Shown here one piece after another: positions 10,558 to 24,341 of a stretch of DNA of 64,000 bases. A program made the position numbers and the translations under genes. Position 1 is the stretch's first letter, and every line of letters starts with the position of its first letter. This DNA is from Eledone cirrhosa (taxonomy: Eukaryota). The stretch covers positions 117,986,001-118,050,000 of the forward strand of contig OZ024743.1 of assembly GCA_964016885.1 (NCBI GenBank), written 5' to 3'. Below the pieces are notes generated by a model, which was given only the letters and a program-made list of their open reading frames with translations, was not told the DNA's origin and did not search any database.

Positions 10558-13500
10558 ATGACCTCACTCAGAATAGGCAGCATAAATGCGCGTGGCTTGT
10601 GGTCGTCATGGAAGCAGGGCCACCTGCTCAACGACCTCAGGTCACTAAACATAGATGTAGTGGCCATCAGCGAGACCAGCATCTCCGTAGCACGGGCCTT
10701 CGCACCGATCTTCGGCGGCTACGACGTGTACGCATCTCCCAACAGTCCTGGATCGGGGGAGTGTTGCTATGCTTTTTCGGAGAGGTTTGGATCTCGCCAT
10801 ACGGGCCATCTTCCTGGACCCAGAAGATTAGTTGGTGGTGCTGGACGTGACTAGCGGAGATGGGCAAGCTTTCGGGATAGTGGCCGTCTATGCCCCGACA
10901 GGAGCAGTACGACCTGATTTCTTCCGGCGTCTGGAGACCTTTCTTGGAACGTCCCGCTCTTTAGTGTTAGTGGGCGACTGGAACGGGATCATAGATGTAC
11001 GCTGGGACTGTGTGGGATTAGCGGATAGGGGCGGAGGGTGCAAGAGCCTCACCAACCTGCTCAGACGTTTTGAACTGTTTGACAGGTACAGATTGGATTT
11101 CCCGAATGTGCCAAAGTGGACTTGGACAAATCGCATAGGATCATCCAGATCATATCTAGATAGAGTATTTTGTAGGGAAATATATAGGTCTAGCATAGGC
11201 TGTCCACAATTCAAGATAGTCAGCTACACGGAACACAAATTCGTGATCTGTGTGCTTGACTTTGATAGGCTTCATAGACGAGGACCCGGCTACTGGAAGC
11301 TAAACGCGTTCTTACCAGCGCGCAAGGCCTACAGCGACCGGATTAGCGAGCTAGTTAAGCAGGCATTGACGGGCGCCATCGTCAACAACAAGTGGTGGTT
11401 TGCTCTGAAAAGAGCGATTAGAATAGAGTCCATTAGGTTTAGTAAGGCTTTAGCAATAGAGAAAAATAGAGCAGAGGGAGAACTAGTTAGAAAATTAGAC
11501 GAGGCGCTTAGCAAAGGTTTCGCAACCGACGTACTAGCGGCGAAATTGGCCCTTGAACAATTCTTCAATGCAAAGCACGAAGGCTGCGTTGTCAAAGCTA
11601 GGGTGCGTGCTAGCAGACACGAGGGGACGAAAGCCGTTCAATGGGCCCGAGTAGCTGAGGCGCATCGTGGCAACAAAGCTACGATCCGGTCTTTGGTGGA
11701 CCACGACGGGCGCATGCTACTCGATCCCGGGCAAATGTGTTAAGCTTTCCAGCGTCACTTCGCCCAGCTGTTCGGGGGCAGCGGCGGGCCGGATCGAGGG
11801 ATGGACTTTAGTGTCTACCTCGACGGACTGCCGCGGCTCTCCGCCACTGAGGCGGAATGTTGCGAAAAGCCGATAACAGCCGCTGAAGTACTAGAGGCAA
11901 TGACTGGCTGCACAAGGGGTAAATCGCCTCGTTTGGATGGTCTGCACTATGAACTTTACGTACAGATGCCAGAGGTGTTCGGAGGCCTCTTGGCGGACGT
12001 CTACTGCTACTGGCAACAGAACGGGAGAATTCCCAGCTCTGTGAGCCGAGGAGAGGTGGCGCTGCTGAGAAAGGATCCGAACAAGGGGGATAATTTCAGG
12101 CCCATAACTCTGCTAAACACAGAGTTCAAGCTTTTGGCCAAGGTGCTAGCAAAGAGGTTGGCGCTTGTCGTTGGTAGTCTGGTGGGAGAGGCGCAGACGA
12201 GGGTAGCTAGGGAACCTAGCACGGGTGGGTCCTTGATCAATTTAGATCAGTCGAAAGCTTTCGATAGAGTCGCCCATCGTTACCTAGCAGCAGTCCTGAG
12301 GGCAGCTGGCTTTGGGCCCGTCTTCAGGGCTGGATCGCTGCCATGCACAGCGACATCTGCTCTGTGGTGAGAGTGAACGGTCACCTTTCGGAACCGTTCA
12401 ACATCATGCGCACGGTACGCCAAGGATGTCCCCTCTCGTCCCTTATGTACGTATTGACTCTCGAGCCATTACTGCACAAACTGGAGACGTTCAGGGGGGT
12501 CCCGCGCGTACTAGGTTGCGGAAGATCCGTGTCAGCATATGCGGACGATGTCACCGAGGCGATCAGCACTACACTAAGAGAATACGAAGCGGTGACAGGA
12601 GCAATGATCAACCAAGAAAAGTGAGTGGGCCTGCAGCTGGAGCCCCGGGCTCTGGACAGACGGACCGGTTAAATTGCTCGGGGTCTGGTTCGGTCCGTAC
12701 CTCCAGGCGGACAAAAACTGGGACAAGGTGACGAGCAGGGTGGCTTCTCTCACCCAGAAATGGGCGGAGAGGAAGCTATCCCTGATAGGTCGAGCGGAGT
12801 TGGCTAACGCGTACATCGCGTCCGTCATCTACTACCACCTGACCGTCGTACATTGTTCTCAGCCCCGCCTGACTGCGCTGGAGCGTTTGCTCTTTCGCTT
12901 TTTGTGGAAGGGACGCGCTCCGAGGGTCACGTGGTCCATCTGCTGTCAACATCCGCTACGTGCAGGGCTGGGCATGCCGTGGCTGATGATGCGCAGACAC
13001 GCGCTCAGGCGACGACATCTCCACCTCTTCCTCGACGGTGATCAGGTGTGGTCGCCGTTTGCTAGAGACGTCTTTTCCCAGCTCGTCTCCTTGACGGAGC
13101 TGCAGTCCTGTGTCAAGCGAAGACCAAGAGGGAGCGCTTGGAGACTGGAATGTCTTCAGGCGCTCACAGCCCTCGACCAATCGGGCAATGTGATCGGTAG
13201 AAACTCCACCTTGGCGTTCTATAGAGGATTAGTGGAGGGGAAGAGCGACGACGTACTTGGAGAAGCTCTAGGCGTCGACGAAAATCAACTAGCCAATCTC
13301 TTCGGAAGGACTTTCGGGCCGGGGCCTATGGACAACTTCCAGAAATCCCTGGCCTGGCAGTGCTACCGAGGAGCTTTGCCAGTTCGGGATAAACTCTACA
13401 GGCATGGAGGTGCCGTCAGCCGGACATGTCGGAGATGTGCGCAGGGCGACGAAACCATCCTGCACTCACTCGTCCAGTGTCCGAGCATTGCTGACTTGTG

Positions 13501-13843
13501 GGTTTATGTCGAACACCTGCTGTCACGTGTTGGACGGATCCGGCTATCAGCTGAGTCCATCGTGAGGATTGCCCCGACCACTTCCTTTAGCCGGGAAGGG
13601 CAGGCAGTGCTTTTCTGTCTGGTGGCTATGGCGGAAGAGATAGTATGGTGGACACGTTTGAAAGGGCTGAAGACGAGCACTTATCTCTTCGGTGATGCCC
13701 TGATTAACTTTTTCAAATTTCATTTGAAAAGGAAAATCAGGGTAGAAAGGGAAGTGCTCTCTTCCCAGCATTTTGTTGAAAGATGGGTGAGAGAAGCAAG
13801 TATGGCCCGAGTGAATGGGCCTACTCTGAGTATGTGTCTCTAA
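10558..13843 (+). pseudogene. Tx1-like ORF2 (APE, RT, C-terminal zinc finger), frameshifted with deletions
   Basis: IGSINARGL, AISET, AVYAP, VGDWN, YLDRV, GYWKLN, NFRPITLLN, DQSKAFDRV, VRQGCPLS, AYADD, CRRCAQGDETILHSLVQC. Confidence 0.92.
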
Positions 13844-14104
13844 ATTAAAGGTGGATAACTGGGAGAGGGCACTTGCCCTGGTGGTCAGGGTCACTGTGGC
13901 CTTTTAATGGGCTTTCTCTACAAATGTCCCTCGGAAGTCTCCCCCCTATTGGGGAATCTTTCATTGTTATTTTTTGTTACATCCTGTTTTTGGTTTTTTT
14001 TATACGCAGAAATGCCCATTTGTACCGTCTTGTATTGTCCTATACTGTCTTTAATGTCTACTTTATGTAAACCCTTGTGGTTAATAAAGAAAACTTTATT
14101 ATTA

Positions 14105-14175
<71 letters not shown>

Positions 14176-15048
14176 GGTAGATCACTGGAATGTAATATCC
14201 GTAGTGGTAGAGCACTCAGTCCATGGGACGAGTTAGGTAGAAAGACATTCTATTAAATAAAAGACAAGAATTAATTATCGCATGTAACTATAGAATTAGA
14301 AACACATTCAAGTATTATAAATACAACTACACATATAAATAAAAAATATAAAAGTATATATATGTGTGTGTGTGTGTGTTTTTTTTTTGCTATTAGAATT
14401 ACTCCATAGATTCAACCCTATATTTCATCCCTATAACTGTTTTAAATAATTAACTATTAATGAGCACTATATATTACATTATACTCAACACTTTAACAAA
14501 ACTTTAACAGGCATGCATTTAAACCTATTAAGAAAACCAGATTATTACTGAGATTTCCTATTGGAAAATAAAATTCCCTACATTTAAAATTTCATTCTAA
14601 CCACTCTAACACAATACAATATTTACACAAATTTTATTATTTTCTCACCTATACATTTTTTTATCTACTTTTTACTTTTATTTGGTTCCATCTATATTCC
14701 TTCACTTCTTCTATTTTTAGAACAAATTATTCCACTTGAACAAAGAAATAACAAATATTTAGGATTGTTCTATACTATTCTACTGCACCCCTTTCCCTCC
14801 AACTTTAATCTTCCTTAACCGTCCACAATTTTCTGAAATTTCTATACAATCTGTCTAAATTCCTTTATACTCGCAACTTTTTTTCTTAAAGGTCATTCGA
14901 TACCTCATCCCCTGACTGATAATTTATTCATCTACTACTACCAGCTTAATGATCTATATTGCCCCTTCCTATTTTTACTATTGGTCAATCTCAACCTTGT
15001 TCTTAAAATGTTACTTATTCATACATGATTTTATATTCTTCAATAAAT

Positions 15049-15399
15049 AAAACTCATTATTTCTGAAGACGACGGTGGATTGGCAGTATCGGTAGAGGGT
15101 AGGACGCCATGCTTTGAAGCATAGAGTTACCTCCCTGTATGATCTGAGTTCAAATCCCGCCGAGGTTAACTTTGCCTTTCATCCTTACGGGGTCGATAAA
15201 ATAAAGTACCAGTAATGCACTGGTTAATTTGCTGGCCTTGTGCCAAAAGTAGAAACAATTATTTCTGAAGACGGCGGGTAGAGAAGACGTATGTATATTT
15301 TCTTACTTTGATAATTTGTAATATATTTTACATAGATCACTAATAGAATGAACATACGGAGAACTACCCCCCAGAAACGATTGTAAAATAATGAGTTTT
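15049..15399 (+). ncRNA. Type I hammerhead ribozyme motif (family A, long stem II), interrupted by a SINE
   Basis: aaaactcattattt (15049-62) CTGAAGA .. gggtag/ctaccc and cgtatgt/acatacg .. GAAA C gatt G TA aaataatgagtttt (15386-99): perfect 14-bp stem I. Confidence 0.8.
15072..15262 (+). mobile_element. tRNA-derived SINE (about 190 bp) with 16-bp TSD
   Basis: A box tggcagtatcgg, B box gagttcaaatccc, central gcctttcatccttacggggtcgataaaat; TSD attatttctgaagacg at 15056-71 and 15258-73. Confidence 0.92.
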
Positions 15400-15439
15400 A
15401 CTATGAATTAACCGTATTTTGTTTAATTTCATTGTTTTC

Positions 15440-16514
<1,075 letters not shown>

Positions 16515-16807
16515 TATAAATTATGTCCATAGAATCATTTGATAAGATATATACTCCATTTCCTCCCCCAATTAGCATAATCAACCACGTAAAAAAACAA
16601 TTAAACCAGGCTATAAGATTAAAAGGCACCTATGAAGAAATAATAGGTAAATAAACGACAGTCATCTATTCGCGGTCAACAGCTATAGAATATTTACCCA
16701 GCATTTCAATAGCACGTGGAAATCGATTAAATATATCGTCAACCATACACAATTAGGTATAAAATTAAAGTCAGAAGAAAAAATGCATATACACATACCA
16801 GGATTAC

Positions 16808-16889
16808 GTTTCTACCCTTTAGGGTTTCGTTCGCTTTCGGAAATATCCTATCAAGCATAAATTCTCGAGCTTCGAACTCATCAGGAAAC
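16808..16889 (-). ncRNA. Type I hammerhead ribozyme motif (family C), canonical core
   Basis: Minus strand: gtttc CTGATGA gttcg..cgaac GAAA ccc taaa ggg TA gaaac; stems I, II and III all pair perfectly, GUA cleavage triplet. Confidence 0.9.
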
Positions 16890-16993
16890 AAACTCACTTG
16901 GACGAAGATTTTACTTAGAAACGAATTTAAAATGACTAAGAACTATGACGTGGTAAAAAAAACCCTCACTTTCTAATATATATATATATATAT

Positions 16994-17832
16994 AAAGAAT
17001 TAGTATATTTACCAACATATATACAAATGTATACCTATGCAAGCAAATATATAGGTTTTGTCTTAGTAACTTTATGGTTCAATTCAAGGGGATGCAGAAC
17101 AATTATATGAAAAACGTAAAATAAGAAAATTATAGTAATTAGCTTACTTACTTAAATTTCACTCCAACTAATTAGTTTCTGAAAGGGAATATACATGTAG
17201 AACATGGAGAAACCTTTTCGTCATCAGGGATTCATTCTCAGCTAAGATCCCTGGTGATGCGTCGGCACAGGGAACTTATACAAAAATATATTCAGTGGAT
17301 GGAAGAGAGCAAGCGGGGACTAAATTCCAGGACACTGAAAAAATCACTGCCTTCTTGTTCGGTGGCAAATTCAAAAGAATCGATCACGTGACATCGAGGT
17401 TAATCAGTGAGGAGTGGGGTGTTCAAAAGACAGTAGCCAAGCTGTTACTATGAACTATAGTAGTAATTTTGGCAAATTTTTGCTCAACAAAATAATTTGG
17501 AGATAATTATAAAGAATTAGTATATCTACCAACATATATATACAAATGTATACCTATGCAAGCAAATATATAGGTTTTGTCTTAGTAACTTCGTGGTTCA
17601 ATGTAAGGGGATGCAGAACAATTATATGAAAAACGTAAAATAATAAAATTATAGTAATTAGCTTACTTACTTAAATTTCACTCCAACTAATTAGTTTCTG
17701 AAAGGCAATATACATGTTGAACATGGAGAAACCTTTTAGTCATCATGGTTAACCTCGATGATTAACCTCGATGGTTAATCCCACTGATTTACCTCGATGT
17801 CACGTGATTGATCTTTTGAATTTGCCACCGAA
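16994..17832 (-). mobile_element. Second family-B repeat, 517-bp period, about 1.45 units plus an inverted terminal segment
   Basis: aaagaattagtatat at 16994 and 17511; homologous to 15483-16184; 17772-17832 is the reverse complement of about 17357-17412. Confidence 0.85.
17161..17232 (-). ncRNA. Type I hammerhead ribozyme motif (family B); a truncated copy lies at 17680-17745
   Basis: Minus strand: aatcc CTGATGA c gaaaagg..catgt/acatg..ccctttc a GAAA ctaattag TT ggagt. Confidence 0.72.
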
Positions 17833-17984
17833 CTTCGAAATTTCGGCGAAACGGAAAAAAGGTCCAGTAAAGACACAAAAAAAAACGAAAATGAAGAGGG
17901 AAAACAAGAAAGCCGTTATGTAGTCTTGGTAACGAGTAGGAACGCAAAGTGGAGTGTGTATTAGTATCATTATATGTGTCAGTG

Positions 17985-18173
17985 GAGGTGGATTGGCAGT
18001 ATCGGTAGAGTGTCGGACGCCATGCTTTGACGCATAGAGTTATGGTCCTTGCCATTCAGAGTTCAAATCCCACCGAGGTTAACTTTGCCTTTCATCCTTA
18101 CGGGGTCGATAAAATAAAGAACCAGTAATGCACTGGATAATTGCTGGCCTTGTGCCAAAATTAGAAACAATTA
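17985..18173 (+). mobile_element. tRNA-derived SINE with 16-bp TSD
   Basis: A/B boxes; TSD attatatgtgtcagtg at 17969-84 and 18170-85. Confidence 0.92.
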
Positions 18174-18599
18174 TATGTGTCAGTGTAAGTATTAGTTTAA
18201 ACGCGCGTGATATCAAAAGTAAATTGTGTAAAATAAAAATGATATTGAGTGTATCTGTATATCCACGTGTTAGAGGTAGTGGACATGTACGTGTGAGTGA
18301 ATGTGTGTGCTGTTTTTGTGCGTTGAAGTAATGTTGTGTGTGTGTATAAAGTATCGTATGTGCAGCGTATGTCCGTGAGAATAGTGGATTAGCATGTGTG
18401 AATGTAGCATAAATGGTAACGTGTGTATGTATGTTGAGGTTTATAATGTGTAAGTTAAAAGTATCTAACTGTTATATATATGTAAGCGTGTATGTATTAA
18501 CGAGTATGTGTCATGGGATAAAGGACGTAGTTTAGAGTATAAGACAGATTAAAGGAAGATGGATGGCGCATTAAGGTGAGGGTACGAAAGGTTTGTAAG

Positions 18600-19230
18600 G
18601 GGTAAATAAGTTGCTATTCTCTCCCCCTGCGCGAGTAAGAGGGTCCGGCACAATGTGCGAGCCCGAAGATACTGGGGTGGCGTGTGCAGTGGCTGGTGAA
18701 CGAAGGTTACGAGCGCGCTTGATTGAAGTGAGAGGTGGGGGGAGGTGAGTGAGGTGGAGAGAGCAGACTGTAGGCGGCGGAAAAGACGGATGATCGTTTT
18801 CTGGAGGGGCAGGGTAGAAGGGTGGTAGGTAACGGGAAAGGGAAGTTGGTTGACAGGGTGGTGGAGGGCAGTGGCATGCAGTACGGGCTGTGGTGCAGTC
18901 GACGCCACGGGCACCGGTGAGTGTGGCTTGGATCAGGGTAGGGGGTCATGTAAGTCTAGTGAAAAGTCTGGCCATGCAATGAGAATGAACCTCAAAATCA
19001 TGGGTTCGACTACAGAGGCGGTTTAGACGAAGGAATTGGGAATAGGAGGTGGAATGTTTTGTGTGGGCGGGGAGTGATGAGGAAACGTCGAGGTTGGTGT
19101 GGCAATCCGAATGCTTGAAGTAGGCGGAGGTAACGAGGGAGTTATTGGAGGTGTCAATGGTTACAGAAATGTCTAGGAAGTTGACAGAATAAGTGGAGAT
19201 AGAGGCGTTGAACTCGAGGGTGGGTGGAAA
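18600..19230 (-). pseudogene. Penelope-like element RT C-terminal/thumb and linker fragment
   Basis: PTLEFNASIS..VNFLDISVTI..AYFKHSD..SSLPAHTKHSTSYSQFLRLNRLCS, then LPFPVTYHP: typical PLE thumb motifs. Confidence 0.8.
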
Positions 19231-19800
19231 AATCAGAGAAAGGACATAAAAGAGACGAGCTGGTCTCGAGTAAGAGACGTGGAGCCAAAACATTCGTCCA
19301 TGTACCAACCGGACAGCTCAGGAGTTGTCCCAGAATATTATGAAAGCCTCAACGTAGCTTACAAATAAGAAGGGCATAAGCCAGACACGTCGAACTTTCT
19401 TTCCTCTTTCCAATATAAAGCGTGAAACTAATAAGACATTTTGTAACTGTTTGTTGTCTCCTTGAACTGCATGTGTGTGTGTGTGTGTGTGTGTTTGTGT
19501 AGGATTATGTATGTGTGTGTGAATGTATATCGGTGAGTGCATGTATGTTTCAGTACTCATACATGTATACATATATCTCTGTGTGTATGGAGGTATATAT
19601 GGATCCATGCGCTCGGCTATCTATGTTATGGATACATTTAAAACATCTGATGTTCATATGGTTATGTGTATGTAGGGTTGTATTTATATACCCGGAAGAA
19701 TTTTTGTCTGTGGTTATGTACCGTTTTATATATGTGCGTCTATGTGGGAGTGAATTTTTTTTATGTGTGTGAATTTATGGTTATGTGCGTGCCTGATAAA

Positions 19801-19990
19801 ATAATTGTTTCTACTTTTGGCACAAGGCCAGCAATAACCCAGTACATTACTGGTACTTTATTTTGTCGACCCCGTAAGGATGAAAGGCAAAGTAAACCTC
19901 GGCGGAATTTGAACTCAGAATGGCAAGGGCCGTAGCTCTATGCGTCAAAGCATGGCGTCCGACCCTCTACCGATACTGCCAATCCACCAC
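19801..19990 (-). mobile_element. tRNA-derived SINE with 14-bp TSD
   Basis: Same family; TSD cctgataaaataat at 19792-805 and 19991-20004. Confidence 0.92.
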
Positions 19991-20345
19991 CCTGATAAAA
20001 TAATATATATAATTTGAAGTAAGTACTCAAATAACCCCAACTGGTAAACCAGCAATGCTAAAAATGGTCAATTAAAGAATTTGGATGAAATAGATCTTAA
20101 TTATCTCCACGAACCCCTTCTTTAAACGCAAATGTATTTGTCTATCCATCTATCTACCTATGCCCATAAATCTGACCACACAAGACAGAAATCTTATTTA
20201 TGACCCTCGGGCAGGGTGTTTGGAAGTGGCCAAATTAGGTCACACAGTACGTCAACGCAGTTCCATCCACAACATTTATAACTCTTAAAGGGTACTGACT
20301 ATCTAATACTGTTTATATATATATGCTCTCCTTATCCTTCTTTTA

Positions 20346-20425
<80 letters not shown>

Positions 20426-20659
20426 TCTCGCTCTCTCTCTCTCTCCCTCTCTCTCTCGTGACGCTAAATTCCGCCAGTTGCAGACTACGCATCAACATGT
20501 AATATCTCTCTCCACAAAGTTCGACCACCAGCAGCAGAATTCAAAGAGCAAAGATCAAATTCAGTCCATACGTTGACATTGCCAAGGCCTCGTTTTGGCT
20601 GCCAGCCTCTGCTTTTCTTACCAGCCAACCTTCCTTCCAAGCATAACCTACTCACACCA

Positions 20660-20890
20660 CGAGTTGATCTTTTTATATGGCCGTATAAATTGAATACTCT
20701 TGACTTGAGAATTGATGTAATTGAAGTTTGGTAATATTGAGCAGCTCACTGATACAGATAGGGTCGCTGAGCTGCTTGCCAGTCATAAGTCTCATGGTGT
20801 GGTTCTGGAATGTAGAAAGCTTCTGAAGTGACCTTGTCGTCCAGTTAATACAGTCAAGACCATATAACATATACTTTTCTATATACATTA
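20660..20890 (-). pseudogene. LINE (RTE-like) C-terminal fragment
   Basis: MLYGLDCINWT..LQKLSTFQNHTMRLMTG..DPICISELL resembles the LYG.E.W..L..F....LR.I.G..D.I.N.EL region. Confidence 0.55.
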
Positions 20891-21007
20891 CTCCAACCTT
20901 TCTTCGTAATTAATTTATGCCTGTTCGTAATTCTATTTCTTCTCCGATTTGCACACCCGACTCGTAAATTCCAGCCTCCTTATATATAGCAAATAAAATC
21001 ATAGTTC

Positions 21008-21130
21008 ATTGCTTCTGAAGAAGTCTGTGAGATTGATCAGGGATTTCCAGACTAGAAACAGGTAGCGAAGTACCTAATATATATCGATCAATCATGATCA
21101 ATCAACACTCTGAAACGATCGTAAAACAAA
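21008..21130 (+). ncRNA. Type I hammerhead ribozyme motif (family A-like, long stem II)
   Basis: ttgctt CTGAAGA agt..attgatca/tgatcaat..actct GAAA C gatc G TA aaacaa; palindromic CGATCG stem III, imperfect stem I; 3' tail resembles that of 15400-15440. Confidence 0.65.
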
Positions 21131-21580
21131 TCAAAGATTTAACCACCTATCCAGGACTTTAGTTTTATTTTCATTGTTTTCAATACACACACACATGCAC
21201 GCGCACATGCATACAGACACACACGCACACACACACACATACATATTTATATATATACATATATATATATATATAAATATACATATATAGAGAGAGCGAG
21301 TAAGATAGAGAGTGAGAGAGAGAGAGAGTGAGAGAGAGAGAGTGAGAGAGAGTGAGAGAGAGTGAGAGAGAGAGAGAAGGAGGGATATTCATACATACAC
21401 ACATGCACATCCAACGTATTTTCTCAAATATCCACCCATATGTGCATATTTCTCTTTCTTTCGCTTTGCCTGTCCGTCTCTATCTCTCTCACTCCCTCCC
21501 TCTCTCTCGCGCGCGCTCTCTTTGTGTCTCTCTCTCTATATATACATATATATATATATATATGAATATATATATATATA

Positions 21581-21652
<72 letters not shown>

Positions 21653-21688
21653 TATATATATATATATATATATATGAATATATATATT

Positions 21689-22160
<472 letters not shown>

Positions 22161-22167
22161 ATATATA

Positions 22168-22239
<72 letters not shown>

Positions 22240-22241
<2 letters not shown>

Positions 22242-22592
22242 GTAGGAGGTGAGTTTTATTGTAGCACAATAAAGCAATGCAAATATCGAATAAGTAGCAC
22301 TCTACAGTTTGTAGGACTGGAGTATAAATAATATAACATCAAAAGATGGTTAAAAGAGTTCCAAGTATTTTATTATGCGCATTTCAAAAACAAATATCAT
22401 CATGGGATGATGTCTGCGTTCTCATTAGATTAAATAGGGATACATGATATGAAGTGTTTTTTAAGCTTCATATCATGTATCCCTATTTTTTCTGATGAGA
22501 ACGCAGATATCATCCCATGATGATATTTGTTTTTGAAATGCGCATAATAAAATACTTGGAACTCTTTTAACCATCTTTTGATCTTATATTAT
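22240..22592. repeat. Fold-back element (family D) with an HHR motif in each arm
   Basis: Arms at about 22328-22453 and 22466-22592 are reverse complements; the left motif (22366-22436, minus) has a mutated core CTAATGA. Confidence 0.9.
22484..22554 (+). ncRNA. Minimal type I hammerhead ribozyme motif (family D)
   Basis: tatttttt CTGATGA gaac gcagatatcatc ccat gatgatatttgt tttt GAAA T gcgc A TA ataaaata; long stem II, 1-bp stem III with palindromic GCGC loop. Confidence 0.8.
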
Positions 22593-23380
22593 ATATATAT
22601 ATATATATATATATTCATATATATATCTATGTGCGTATTTGTGTGTGTGACAAAGTGTGAAAAATAGAAATGGAGGAGAGAGAAAGAGAGACGATGTGTA
22701 TGTTTATAATTTATTATTAATAACGACTGTTTACTTCGAAATGTTTACAAACAATATAAAGCTTATTATTCAGTGCGTGGTTACAGTACTTAAATACACA
22801 AACATAAATCAAGTTGATATGCGTGTCTATGTAAGTATGTGCGTATGTGACCCTGTGTGCACGTATGTATGAGAGAGTGGGTATATGTTTGCGTATATAC
22901 CATAAGCACTTGACACCTTCACGTAGACATATTCGTACTTACATATATATGGATATATCTTCTTATAAATGCATGAGTGTTTCTGTTTTGAAGACTATAA
23001 GAGATTGCGTATTTGTATTTGCGTGTATTATACATGTAATATGTATACACATTATAACATATCTTATAAGCATTAGAAATAGATATTGTCTTATATATGC
23101 GCAGTAGAGTAATAAGAATATCACACAGACACAACTTCCTTAAGGCTTCTTTTACAATAACATTACAACCAAGATGCGAACACTTCATATTTATCATACA
23201 CCTTCACCTACTAATATTACTATTCTATACAGCCTTGCATGAATAGTAGAAATATTGATATGAATCAAAGCAACAGGAGTTACTTCCCTTACGTTAGAAT
23301 CGCATAATAAACAAAACCTCACTGAAGTAATTTCGTTCCAGCGACTCTAAATTGTCATATTTTTTTTTAATATCATTAAT

Positions 23381-23471
<91 letters not shown>

Positions 23472-23542
23472 CACACACCCACATGTATATATATATATGA
23501 TATATATATATGTGTGTGTGTGTGCGTGCGTATGTATGTATG

Positions 23543-23605
<63 letters not shown>

Positions 23606-23823
23606 TTGTGTGTGCGTGAGTATGATGTATATACATATATATATATGTGTGTGTGTGTGTATGCGTGCGTATGTATGTATATATATATATATATAATAAT
23701 AATGAAATTATTGTGTACAGTGCTCAGGTGCACTACAACTCGTGTGTGTGTGTGCGTGCGTATGATGTATATATATATATATGTATGTGTGTGTGCGTGC
23801 GTATGTATGTATATATATATATG

Positions 23824-23856
<33 letters not shown>

Positions 23857-23862
23857 ATAAAT

Positions 23863-24052
23863 AAATAATTGTTTCTACTTTAGGCACAAGGCCAGCAAAT
23901 CACCCAGTGCATTACTGGTACTTTATTTTATCGACCCCGTAAGGATGAAAAGCAAAGTCAACCTCGGCGGGATTTGAACCCAGATCGTAAAGGGACGTAA
24001 CTATGCTGGAAAGCATGGCGTCCGACCCTCTACCGATACTGCCAATCCACCA
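23863..24052 (-). mobile_element. tRNA-derived SINE
   Basis: Full-length match to the family. Confidence 0.92.
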
Positions 24053-24341
24053 AAATATATAATAAATTTAGATATGCTGTATGTTGACATGAATTGCGTA
24101 TGTCACATATATACACATGTATACACAGTAGTCTTTCTCCCCTTCTAGAGGAGAAGGCGAAGAAGGAGCAGGAGGTGGCGGAGACGGGGGCAGAAGAGTG
24201 GAGAAGGAGGGGGGGGGGGAAGAACAGAAGAAGTAGCGAAAGAAGGAGGAGAAGGAGAATAAGAAGACGTAGGAGGAGGAAATGGAAGAGGTGAAGATGA
24301 AGAAGGTGAAGAACACGAAGTGGAAAATAAGTCTTCTTCGC

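Larger units (their letters stand above)
8313..14143 (+). mobile_element. L1/Tx1-clade non-LTR retrotransposon, near full length, inactivated
   Basis: Two-ORF layout, AATAAA at about 14082 then an (ATT)n tail; 5' end approximate. Confidence 0.9.

Noticed and set aside
15072-15170. tRNA genes
   Set aside because: The A/B boxes belong to SINE heads; the spacing and lack of a cloverleaf argue against true tRNAs.
19360-19440. Possible hammerheads at about 19365 and 31605 (gaaggg..ccc/gcc-gaYac..)
   Set aside because: They resemble eroded PLE-terminal motifs, but both CTGANGA and GAAA are broken; not callable.
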